From NCBI GenBank assembly GCA_026395685.1, contig JAPLYG010000009.1, positions 17,519 through 81,518 on the forward strand: 64,000 nucleotides of DNA, given 5' to 3'. The position numbers and the translations under genes were made by a program. The notes under the pieces are model-generated. The model searched no databases. It was not told the origin of the DNA and was given only the letters and a program-made list of their open reading frames with translations. Positions 9,844-18,538 of the stretch are shown in pieces; position 1 is the stretch's first letter; every line of letters starts with the position of its first letter. The stretch is from Candidatus Parcubacteria bacterium. Its GTDB lineage: Bacteria; Patescibacteriota; Patescibacteriia; CAIXNZ01.

Positions 9844-9928
9844 AGGTAAATAAAAAAACAGAATTTTAAAATCCGTTTTGCTAAAACTAGCATATCATAA
9901 ATGGCAATAATTGGCAAGACCCAAAACC

Positions 9929-11110
9929 CTAAAAATCCCTCAGTTTCTCAATGCCTGCATGCTGTTTAATCCTTTCCAAAGACTTGGCTTCAATCTGCCT
10001 GATACGTTCACGGGTAACATCAAACTCCTGTCCTACTTCTTCCAGAGTATGCGCCACACCATCAGTCAGGCCGAAACGCATTTCCAGGATCTTTTGCTCA
10101 CGCGGTGATAATTCGCTGATAATGCCGCGGACATAATCCCGTAGAAGTTCCAAGGCAGCTGAACGGTCAGGCGTCATATTTTTCACGTCTTCGATAAAGT
10201 CTTCCAAGGTTGAATCTTCCTCGTCCTCGCCAACAGAAGTCTCCAAAGAAATTGTTTCCTGAGAAATATTGATAATGTGCCTGACTTTCTCAATATCTTC
10301 TCCCATTTCTGCGGCAATTTCTTCCGGCAATGGTTCACGTCCCAAATCCTGAATAAGCCGGCGCTGTACCTGCTGAAACTTATTTATTGTTTCCACCATG
10401 TGCACCGGAATACGAATCGTCCTTGACTGATCAGCCAAAGAACGGGTAATCGCCTGACGAATCCACCAAGTTGCATAGGTTGAAAATTTATAGCCTTTTT
10501 TAGGGTCAAATTTTTCTACTGCCTTAAACAAACCGATATTGCCTTCCTGAATCAAATCAAGCAAAGACATGCTTTTACCCACAAATTTCTTGGCAATAGA
10601 AACCACCAAGCGTAAATTCGCCTGTACAATCTTTTTAAAGGCATCTTTATCGCCCTTATCTTTTCTTCTAGCCAAAGACATTTCTTCCTCGCCGGATAAT
10701 AATGGAACTTTACCTATTTCGCGCAAATACATCTGGATTGAATCTTCAGAAATCTCAGATAAATCAAACTTCTTTTTATCCTTACCAATGCCAATTTTCT
10801 CGAAAACTTCTTCCTTTTCCTTGGCAGTACTTAGCATGCCGCCTTTCGGAGCAATTACCTGGACGGTGTTATCCTCTAAAGTATCCAAAAATTTCTCAAA
10901 TAAATCGAGATATTCCTCAACATCGGGAAAAGTATAAATTAATTCTTGTTCGGTAACAAAACCCCGGCTGCGTCCTTTTTCTAAAAGCAACTTCTGCTGT
11001 TCTTCTGTCGGTTTCAAGACACTAACTTTCTCTTTTTTAACTTTTTTCTGCGATATTCTCTTCTTGCCCAATTTCTTGATTTTTTTTATTTTGGCTTTTG
11101 TTTTTTTCAT
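9929..11110 (-). CDS. rpoD: RNA polymerase sigma-70 factor RpoD
   Basis: Regions 2-4 conserved ([27 protein letters not shown]; C-terminal [23 protein letters not shown]). Confidence 0.9.
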   Translation of the reverse strand: MKKTKAKIKKIKKLGKKRISQKKVKKEKVSVLKPTEEQQKLLLEKGRSRGFVTEQELIYTFPDVEEYLDLFEKFLDTLEDNTVQVIAPKGGMLSTAKEKEEVFEKIGIGKDKKKFDLSEISEDSIQMYLREIGKVPLLSGEEEMSLARRKDKGDKDAFKKIVQANLRLVVSIAKKFVGKSMSLLDLIQEGNIGLFKAVEKFDPKKGYKFSTYATWWIRQAITRSLADQSRTIRIPVHMVETINKFQQVQRRLIQDLGREPLPEEIAAEMGEDIEKVRHIINISQETISLETSVGEDEEDSTLEDFIEDVKNMTPDRSAALELLRDYVRGIISELSPREQKILEMRFGLTDGVAHTLEEVGQEFDVTRERIRQIEAKSLERIKQHAGIEKLRDF

Positions 11111-11133
11111 AATATTTAAAAAGACTTAGTATT

Positions 11134-12942
11134 TTAAACTTTTAATCCTTGTAATTGCTGGCTCAAGGCGGAAAAATCCTTCGAAAGCTCCTCAATCTGT
11201 CTTGAATCACGATTTTTTTCAGCTTCAGAAATCAGCTGCTGAACCTGCTTCAATTTTTTAACGAGATAACTCTTTTTTAATTCGCACAAGATATTGATAA
11301 TTTCCGTGCCGACTTGTTCTTCTGTAAAATTAAAAAAATCCTTGTCAGCCAAAAGCAGTAAGGTGGATAAGATCTTTACGATTTCTTGATCTTGGTTTGC
11401 AAATATTTTTTCAAATTCAAAATAGTCAAAACCGCTGTTATTATTATAATACATTACCAGCTCCGTGTAAATCTTTTGCAGCTCATTAAGCGGCAGCATC
11501 TCTTTTTCCAGATGATCGACTAGATACGCAATATTTTGGGGATATTTAAAAATCAAAGCAAAAAGTTGCTCGGCTAAAACAACTTCCCTGTTTTTAACCG
11601 CTATATTTTCTATTCTTGGCTCAGTTTTTTGATACTCATTTTTAACTTTTAAATTATTGAATGTCTCCTGTAAAATATTTGCCGGTACATCTAATTTTTC
11701 TGCCAATTTTCCCAGCCAATGATTTTGTTCAACCTTATCAGCAATCTTAGCAATTTGCTTTAAAAGTCTGGCGGCAATTTCTTTTTTTTGTATAGGATTA
11801 TTTTTATCAAATTGTTCAAAAACTTTGTCAAAATAAAACTCCATGATACTTTTCGCTTCACTAATCGCCTGCTGCCAGTGCTCCACCCCCTGTTTAATGC
11901 AATCGTCGGGATCTTTAACAGTCTTGCCGCCAATTTCTTTCGGCAAAGTAATCACACTGACATTAATACCCAGAGATAAAGCCGTATCTATTCCCCTTTC
12001 AGCCGCTACCTGGCCCGCCAAATCAGCGTCAAAGCAAAGGGCGATATTATTGGTATAGCGCTGTAAGATCTTTAATTGCTCCTGGGTCAAAGCCGTGCCT
12101 GATGAGGCAATCACATTTGTGACTCCGGCCTGATGAGAGGCAATCACATCCATATTGCCTTCAACAACCACTGCCAGATCTTTTTTCCTGATTTCCGATT
12201 TAGCCTTATCTAATCCGAAGACAACCAGACTTTTATTATAAATCATGGTCTGGGGCGTATTTACATATTTGCCGCCCTGATTTTCCCTGCTTTCGTCCAG
12301 GATTCTGCCGGTAAACCCCACGATATTGCCGTTATGATCTGAAATGGGAAACATCAGTCTTTGACGAAAACGGTCATAAAGCTGCCCCCTGTCATTTTTA
12401 ACTTCCAACCCCGCCAAAAATATATCATTATCCTTAAATCCTTTTTTGCGTAATAAATTCAAAAGTATGTCCCAGGAATCAGGCGCATACCCGATTTTAA
12501 AATCGCTGACTGTTTCCGGGTTTAATTTCCTTTTTGCAATATAGTTGCGGGCAATAATTCCTTCTTTGGAGCTCAATAAAACTTTATGGAAAAACTCAGC
12601 GGTTAACTTCAAAATATCCATTAACTTTGTCTTCTGAGATACCATTGTCTGGTCAACTTTTTTTAATTTTACCCCGGCCTTATCGGCCAACAATCTTAAA
12701 GCTTCAGGAAATTCTATATTCTCAATTTTTTGCACAAAGGTAAAAGCATCACCGCCTTCGCCACAGCCAAAACAATGAAAAATCTGTTTGTCTCTGGAAA
12801 CCATAAAAGACGGTGTCTTTTCATTATGAAAGGGACACGGCGCTTTCCAGTTTGTGCCGGCCTGCTTAAGCTGAATATATTCCGAGATAATATCAACTAT
12901 ATCAAGCTTGGATTTTATTTCGTCGACCTGGCTATTTAACAT
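11134..12942 (-). CDS. dnaG: DNA primase DnaG
   Basis: Zinc-ribbon CPFHNEKTPSF...CFGCG, TOPRIM region (VVVEGNMD; CFDADLAG); dnaG-rpoD synteny. Confidence 0.9.
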   Translation of the reverse strand: MLNSQVDEIKSKLDIVDIISEYIQLKQAGTNWKAPCPFHNEKTPSFMVSRDKQIFHCFGCGEGGDAFTFVQKIENIEFPEALRLLADKAGVKLKKVDQTMVSQKTKLMDILKLTAEFFHKVLLSSKEGIIARNYIAKRKLNPETVSDFKIGYAPDSWDILLNLLRKKGFKDNDIFLAGLEVKNDRGQLYDRFRQRLMFPISDHNGNIVGFTGRILDESRENQGGKYVNTPQTMIYNKSLVVFGLDKAKSEIRKKDLAVVVEGNMDVIASHQAGVTNVIASSGTALTQEQLKILQRYTNNIALCFDADLAGQVAAERGIDTALSLGINVSVITLPKEIGGKTVKDPDDCIKQGVEHWQQAISEAKSIMEFYFDKVFEQFDKNNPIQKKEIAARLLKQIAKIADKVEQNHWLGKLAEKLDVPANILQETFNNLKVKNEYQKTEPRIENIAVKNREVVLAEQLFALIFKYPQNIAYLVDHLEKEMLPLNELQKIYTELVMYYNNNSGFDYFEFEKIFANQDQEIVKILSTLLLLADKDFFNFTEEQVGTEIINILCELKKSYLVKKLKQVQQLISEAEKNRDSRQIEELSKDFSALSQQLQGLKV

Positions 12943-13122
12943 AAATAAGAGGATTTATAAGTAGTAAAGGAAGAATAGGATAATAGGATAAAAAAATTCG
13001 GAGGTGAAAGGAAAATAAGATTAATTACCTTCATTTCCGCTAATCATATTCTCCTTTATTCATCTTCTACCTATTCTTCGTCTAACTCCTTTTATAGCCT
13101 ACTAAATTTACCACACCATCGC

Positions 13123-14634
13123 TCAAAGATCAATTTTAAATAAGCCCATGCACAGCATCAAATAGCTGATCCCCAACGGATGGTTTAAATACGGGCTGAA
13201 AGCATGGGTTACCATTAAAACAATCAGACCAATTAAAAGACCAGCAACAATGTAATTTTTTCTTTGTTTCCAGCCTGCATACAATATTTGTCCAATCAAT
13301 AACAAATAAACAAATAAACCAATAAACCCAATCTCCGTCACTGTATCCAAATACCCCCATTCAAAACTGTAAGTTGTATAAGTCCCTTCCGGGTTCGCTT
13401 CATTTTTAATACGCGGATCTTCTGTCTTATATGTCACGGCACTGCCAAAACCAGTGCCGATAAAAGGCGCTTCCTTAACCTTCTCAACCAAAACCGGCAG
13501 TAAGTTCCAGCGGCTGGAAACCCCGGCTTCCCCGGAAATCATGGCAAAGCGGTCTTTGAACATATCAGCGGAAAACAGGCCCGAAGGCGTGGGAATTGGG
13601 AAATTGGCAATTGCCAGAACCAAAAGCACGCTTAATACTCCTGACGCCGCCAAAACACCGGCTGCCTGACATAATTTTTTCAGGCTTAATCTGGCTATAA
13701 AAATTAAATAAACCGCTAACGCCAAAACGCCGGCAAGGCCGCCGAGCCAGAAAGTGCGGGAAAAAGAAATTAATATAGAGGCTTCAATAAAAACCAAAAG
13801 CAAAAAAAGCCATTTGCCATCTTGTAGGGAACGTTCTAGAACGTTCCCTACGATAGATGGCTTTTTTTGTTGTTGAATAAAAAGCACTAATAGAGATAAA
13901 ATTATAAAAATCCCGATCAAGCTCCAGCTTTGCGACTGGAAAAATATCCTGAAAAAATTGCCGCCGGCATAGGTAATTTCCCCCACGCGCGTATCGCGAA
14001 TCCAGTGGTAAAAATAGTCGGTTATATAGGGTATGCCGTGAGAAAATAAATAAAGAGTAAAAAATATTTTGACTGAAACATAGCTTAAAGCCGCCAAAAA
14101 TACTTTCATAAACGCGGCGACTTGGCGTTTAGTTTTAAAAACCTCCAGAAAAACAAAGAAGAGGCCGAAGTATAAATAGCCGTTAACGTCAAAGAACACA
14201 TTTTTTATTCCATTGCCGGAAATTATTCCGTTAATAACTCCGAGCGCAATAAAACATAAAAAAATTATAAAATTTTGCACCAGTCTGTCTTTTTTCAACA
14301 AGTTGAAAAGATCGATAGGTCTAAAATATTTCAACAGCCAGACAAAAAAGACTATCAAAAATATCGCCAACCGCATTGATATTCTGAATCCCGGCAAGTC
14401 CAGGTAAAAAAGATACCCCTGCGACCCGATCATCAGTTCAGCTAAAGCAATCCAAAGGCCGTATTCCAGCTTATATAAAGTAAACATCAGCACCACAATC
14501 GCGATGGATACGAAAAATATCCCAGATAACAACGCTAATTTAAAGCTAATCAAGGAAAGTAACTCAATAACAAAGATGGCCATAATTAGCCTAAAAATAT
14601 CTTTATTTATTATGTTTTTATCAAAAATGGTCAT
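13123..14634 (-). CDS. O-antigen ligase/polymerase-like polytopic membrane protein
   Basis: ~12 TM helices with a large loop; sits next to a glycosyltransferase cluster. Confidence 0.5.
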   Translation of the reverse strand: MTIFDKNIINKDIFRLIMAIFVIELLSLISFKLALLSGIFFVSIAIVVLMFTLYKLEYGLWIALAELMIGSQGYLFYLDLPGFRISMRLAIFLIVFFVWLLKYFRPIDLFNLLKKDRLVQNFIIFLCFIALGVINGIISGNGIKNVFFDVNGYLYFGLFFVFLEVFKTKRQVAAFMKVFLAALSYVSVKIFFTLYLFSHGIPYITDYFYHWIRDTRVGEITYAGGNFFRIFFQSQSWSLIGIFIILSLLVLFIQQQKKPSIVGNVLERSLQDGKWLFLLLVFIEASILISFSRTFWLGGLAGVLALAVYLIFIARLSLKKLCQAAGVLAASGVLSVLLVLAIANFPIPTPSGLFSADMFKDRFAMISGEAGVSSRWNLLPVLVEKVKEAPFIGTGFGSAVTYKTEDPRIKNEANPEGTYTTYSFEWGYLDTVTEIGFIGLFVYLLLIGQILYAGWKQRKNYIVAGLLIGLIVLMVTHAFSPYLNHPLGISYLMLCMGLFKIDL

Positions 14635-14641
14635 TCAGGTC

Positions 14642-14670
14642 TTGACAAGGTTTTAAATATATGCTAACAT
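14642..14670 (+). promoter_or_regulatory. sigma70-like promoter (TTGACA-17-TAACAT, TGC-extended)
   Basis: cTTGACAaggttttaaatatatgcTAACATagtaacat on plus strand. Confidence 0.45.
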
Positions 14671-14677
14671 AGTAACA

Positions 14678-15020
14678 TAGCGCTGAACAGAGTGCGGCCT
14701 CTACGGAGTGTTCTCGCACCCATATCAGCCCTTCCGGCAAATCCACCGGATTGAATAACCTCCCCTGTAAAGGATACGGGGAGGTAAATAAAAAAATCAT
14801 ATTGAAGTGAGAAGGTTACTCGCTAAAAGCCAGTATCCAATGGACATAGGAAAATCATAACCTATGTTCACGCAAAGGACTACCTCGTCTTCCAGTATAA
14901 CTTGGAGTTTACTCCCAGTTGTGAAGATTCCTTTGCGGCTTCAATCTTAATTTCGATAAGGGATCCGGCGTAATAAAACGCCTACCCGATATTAAGAGGC
15001 AACCCCGGTGTGGCCTCTTT
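14678..15020 (+). ncRNA. candidate ~340 nt non-coding RNA (promoter-to-terminator unit without ORF)
   Basis: Plus-strand promoter at 14642-14670 and plus-oriented terminator at 14995-15022. Longest ATG ORF ~28 codons. Internal hairpin CCUCCCC...GGGGAGG. Both flanking genes are on the minus strand. Confidence 0.35.
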
Positions 15021-15024
15021 TTCT
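14993..15024 (+). terminator. rho-independent terminator (plus orientation)
   Basis: agaggc-aaccccggtgtg-gcctct followed by TTTTT. Confidence 0.6.
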
Positions 15025-15025
15025 A

Positions 15026-15895
15026 TTATATTTTTGACTGTGATTTAGGTCTGATTTTGAAAACCTGACTTACCCAAGCCAGCCCTAGACTGATATAACT
15101 TAACAACATTACGACTAAACAACTTAACAACCCGAAATGTTTCCTGAAGTAAATTGCCATTCCCCGATTAAACCGCTTCTGCTTTTCCAGGCTCATTTGC
15201 TGGGCAAAGCTTTTAGCTTCATGATGAATCAATTTAGTTTGCGGCATATACCAGATCTGATAGCCTTTATCTTGCGCCCGCTTGCATAAGTCCAAATCTT
15301 CCCACCATAGATAATAATCCTCATCCCAGCCGCCCAAGTCCTTAATCACTTCGTTTTTAACCAAAACAAAAGCGCCCATGATCTGCTTAACTTCCTGCTC
15401 TTTGGTATAATCAAAATCTTTAGCCAAATATTTTTTCAAACAACTTGGCTGCCAAAAATGATGCAGCTTTAATAAAATCAAAATCTGGTCGCAAAGGCCC
15501 GGATTATTTTTTATATTATTTTGCCTTAAACCGTCGGGATAAATTAGCTGGCAGGTTGCCATTTCGACTTTGGGGCTTGCTTCTAACCAATCAACTAAAA
15601 CCTTAAAGCTGTTTTCCACCAGCTCCATGTCCGGATTCATAAACAATATATATTTTCCCTGAGCCTGCTCTAATGCTAGGTTATTTGCCTTAGCAAAGCC
15701 CAAATTTTGATTGGAGGCAATCAAATTTACTTTAGGAAATTCAGAAGCGACCATTTGAACTGAACCGTCTTTAGACGCGTTATCAACCACAAAAACTTCA
15801 AAGTCCAAGCCTTGAGTCAACTTAAAAATCGACTGCAGATTTTTTCGCAGAAGGTCTTTAACATTCCAGCTGACGATGATAATTGATAATTGCAT
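15026..15895 (-). CDS. family 2 glycosyltransferase
   Basis: N-terminal LSIIIVSWN...VVDNASKDGS and DxD-containing GT-A fold signature. Confidence 0.8.
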   Translation of the reverse strand: MQLSIIIVSWNVKDLLRKNLQSIFKLTQGLDFEVFVVDNASKDGSVQMVASEFPKVNLIASNQNLGFAKANNLALEQAQGKYILFMNPDMELVENSFKVLVDWLEASPKVEMATCQLIYPDGLRQNNIKNNPGLCDQILILLKLHHFWQPSCLKKYLAKDFDYTKEQEVKQIMGAFVLVKNEVIKDLGGWDEDYYLWWEDLDLCKRAQDKGYQIWYMPQTKLIHHEAKSFAQQMSLEKQKRFNRGMAIYFRKHFGLLSCLVVMLLSYISLGLAWVSQVFKIRPKSQSKI

Positions 15896-16057
15896 ATTTA
15901 TTAATAATCAATAACCAAACATCAATCATCAAACAATACCAAATGTCCAATTCCTAATAACCAAATTAATTATTAGAATTTAGAAATTAGAATTTGTTTG
16001 AAAATTGATTATTGATGATTGGTGATTAATAACAGACTCAAGCACTTAATAACAGAT
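15896..16057. repeat. intergenic imperfect-palindrome repeat, family A (aataatcaataacc ... ttgattattgatg), copy 1
   Basis: Shares the exact 18-mer caatcatcaaacaatacc and several other blocks with 27079-27240; directly abuts a gene start. Confidence 0.55.
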
Positions 16058-17248
16058 CTAAGCACGGAAAGGATACGGCACTACTTTATCATTAATCAAC
16101 TCCAGCATCCGCCCCACCCTCACCTGCCAGATATTATTTTCCAGCATTTTAATCCTTTCATCCTTTAAAGTATCGCGTTCGCCAGCCAATGCCTGCTCAA
16201 CTGCGCCATTAAACTGTTCGGGCGTATTTGCTATAGCCACTAATCCGCCGAAACGTTCACTGCCAGGCGCTGAAGTCGAAACCACAGGCAAATTAGCCGC
16301 CAAATATTCATAATATTTCATGGGATCAGTGGATTTAATAAATTTATTAGTTTTATAAGGAATAATACCGACATCAAAACCATTATAAAGAGACGGGATT
16401 TCCCAGGATTTAATTAAACCGAGAAAATGCACATTTTTATATTGGCAAAAATTTTTCACCGGGAAACCTTTCCAGGCCGGGCCGGCAAGAACAATGGATT
16501 TTTCCGGATTATTTTTAGCCAGCGATTCAATCAAATCTAAATTTATCCGATCCTGCAAAATTCCCAAAAAACCAATAATCGGATGATTAATTTTTTCCAA
16601 AAGCGGATGTATTTTATTTTCAGCCTGAAAAAACTCCAGATCAACCGCATTGGGCAGCCAGTGAACATTGCTTTGCTTAGTAAATAAATTATCACGCAGA
16701 TATTCAGAAACAGTAAAAATCAAATCTGAACGCGCTTTTATTTTTTCATAATTACCCCGTAAAATTTTTTCATACTGTTTATAGCTGGAATGGCTCAGCC
16801 AGTCATCAACCGCGTCAAAAACATAAGTCGCATTCTCAAATTTATTTAAATAATCAGCATACATAGGATTATAATTCCAAACAACTAAATTTTGTTCCAT
16901 ACCCTCTTTAGCAATAATCCTTTTTAATTCCGTGATAATTCTTGACTTATTTAGCATTGAATCAATTGTTGAATAAACCAAAATTTTACTGCTGACTTGC
17001 CAGCAGCGCGAAGTCAGATCACCGTAAACAATATCGCCCCGGGTATCATTTAATACCTGGTCGTAAAAATAATTTTTAATGGCTCGCTTCCAGGTAAACG
17101 GCAAAAAATCCACGGCAATCACTTTATTGATCTGGTCGTTCTTTACCAAATTATGCAAAACATGATAATTACGGTTGGCAATTCCCTTTTGCCAGTCGCT
17201 GTACTTGGACATGTTAAACATGATGATGTTTAGTTTTGGTGAATTCAT
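16058..17248 (-). CDS. glycosyltransferase (GT-B, group 1/GT4-like)
   Basis: C-terminal GT1 core (FDVGIIPYKTNKFIKSTDPMKYYEYLAANLPVVST). Confidence 0.65.
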   Translation of the reverse strand: MNSPKLNIIMFNMSKYSDWQKGIANRNYHVLHNLVKNDQINKVIAVDFLPFTWKRAIKNYFYDQVLNDTRGDIVYGDLTSRCWQVSSKILVYSTIDSMLNKSRIITELKRIIAKEGMEQNLVVWNYNPMYADYLNKFENATYVFDAVDDWLSHSSYKQYEKILRGNYEKIKARSDLIFTVSEYLRDNLFTKQSNVHWLPNAVDLEFFQAENKIHPLLEKINHPIIGFLGILQDRINLDLIESLAKNNPEKSIVLAGPAWKGFPVKNFCQYKNVHFLGLIKSWEIPSLYNGFDVGIIPYKTNKFIKSTDPMKYYEYLAANLPVVSTSAPGSERFGGLVAIANTPEQFNGAVEQALAGERDTLKDERIKMLENNIWQVRVGRMLELINDKVVPYPFRA

Positions 17249-17302
17249 AATGGTTATTTCTATGCTTATGCTATTTGTATCCTAATTCGTAAATTCGCTG
17301 GG

Positions 17303-18418
17303 TTATAAAATATCTCTCAATTTCGCCACCTGTTTATCCCACTGAAATTCACTCAAGACCCGTTCCTTCCCCTGCGCTCCCAATTTAATTGCATACTCCT
17401 GATCAGTCATTAAATTTATAATTACCTTGGCTATTTGACTGACATTTTCCGGATCAACTAAAATCCCGGTTTGGCCGTCAATTACAGCTTCGCTGGCTCC
17501 TCCGCTTTTGCCGGCAATCACGGGTTTGCCAAAAGAATTAGCCTCCAAATAAACAATGCCAAAACCTTCCACATCACTGCCTATTTGCCGAGCCGGCATA
17601 ATAAAAACATCAGCCAGATCATAGAATGACGGTAAATTAGTATCCGGAATATCTTCACATATAGTCACATGGTCAAGAACTTGCTTCTGGATCGCCAAGA
17701 TTTCCAGATCATCCAGGTACCTTTTACCGTTGCCGACCAAAAGATAAACTAAGTTGGGAATTTTTTCAATCACTTCAGGTAGAGCTTCAATTACCTTATC
17801 AAATCCTTTACGAGGAACCATGCGGCCGACTGACAGTAATACTTTTTTACTGTGCAATTCTAATTCGGTTTTTAAAGTCTGACGTTCCTGAGAATTCAAA
17901 TCTTCAGGTTTAATATTGGGACAGGGATAAACAATGCTAATTTTGTCTGAAGAAATCGCCAGTTTTGAAACTTCATTTTCAGTAAATTTACTGTTAACAA
18001 TAATTGCTTTAGCTTGATTTAAAATTTTCAGCAGCCAGTATTTTTTCCAAGCTGTTTTTTGCGCGGCGAGAACATCAAAGCCGTGCAAACTGACAATAAA
18101 CGGCAATTTCAAAAGCAAAGCAATATATCCCATGGGCAAAACGTGAGAAATTAAAATCTGTTCTACTTTTTCCTGACGAATTACTTTCTTTGCCAAGCGT
18201 AAAGTCCGGAACCAAGCAGGCCAGAAAAATCTGTTAAAAAGTCTGGCACGGATTATTTTATAGCCTTGTTTATTATCAAAATGTTCCGAACCATTTTGCT
18301 TATTCGCTAAAACAACAATTTTATCATATTCAAGATTATGGCAGATATTGCTTAAGTATGTTGCTACGCCTCCTTTTTGCGGCGGAAAATCAATTGTGAT
18401 TAATAAAGTTTTTCGCAT
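17303..18418 (-). CDS. family 4 glycosyltransferase (GT-B)
   Basis: N-terminal GGVATY motif; C-terminal GT1 E-x7-E region (FGIVYLEANSFGKPVIAGKSGG). Confidence 0.8.
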   Translation of the reverse strand: MRKTLLITIDFPPQKGGVATYLSNICHNLEYDKIVVLANKQNGSEHFDNKQGYKIIRARLFNRFFWPAWFRTLRLAKKVIRQEKVEQILISHVLPMGYIALLLKLPFIVSLHGFDVLAAQKTAWKKYWLLKILNQAKAIIVNSKFTENEVSKLAISSDKISIVYPCPNIKPEDLNSQERQTLKTELELHSKKVLLSVGRMVPRKGFDKVIEALPEVIEKIPNLVYLLVGNGKRYLDDLEILAIQKQVLDHVTICEDIPDTNLPSFYDLADVFIMPARQIGSDVEGFGIVYLEANSFGKPVIAGKSGGASEAVIDGQTGILVDPENVSQIAKVIINLMTDQEYAIKLGAQGKERVLSEFQWDKQVAKLRDIL

Positions 18419-18538
18419 AAAAATTTATATTCATGGATAAAAGCGCCCTTTGTCCGTGATTTGTCATTCAGAGTGAAGCGAAGAATCTCTCTGTCCAATG
18501 AGATCCCTCGTTACACTCGGGATGACAAAGGGCGCGCC

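Noticed and set aside
14760-14800. CCUCCCC...GGGGAGG hairpin as a terminator
   Set aside because: It is followed by an A-rich rather than U-rich tract on the plus strand, and preceded rather than followed by T's on the minus strand. It is more likely an internal structural hairpin.
14678-15020. RNase P RNA, tmRNA, SRP RNA or 6S RNA identity for the candidate ncRNA
   Set aside because: None of the universal blocks was found by eye on either strand: GGAAAGUCCGG / ACAGAAACCCGGCUUA for RNase P; the tRNA-like ends for tmRNA; a GGAA-tetraloop helix 8 with the conserved symmetric loop for SRP. It is left as an unclassified candidate.
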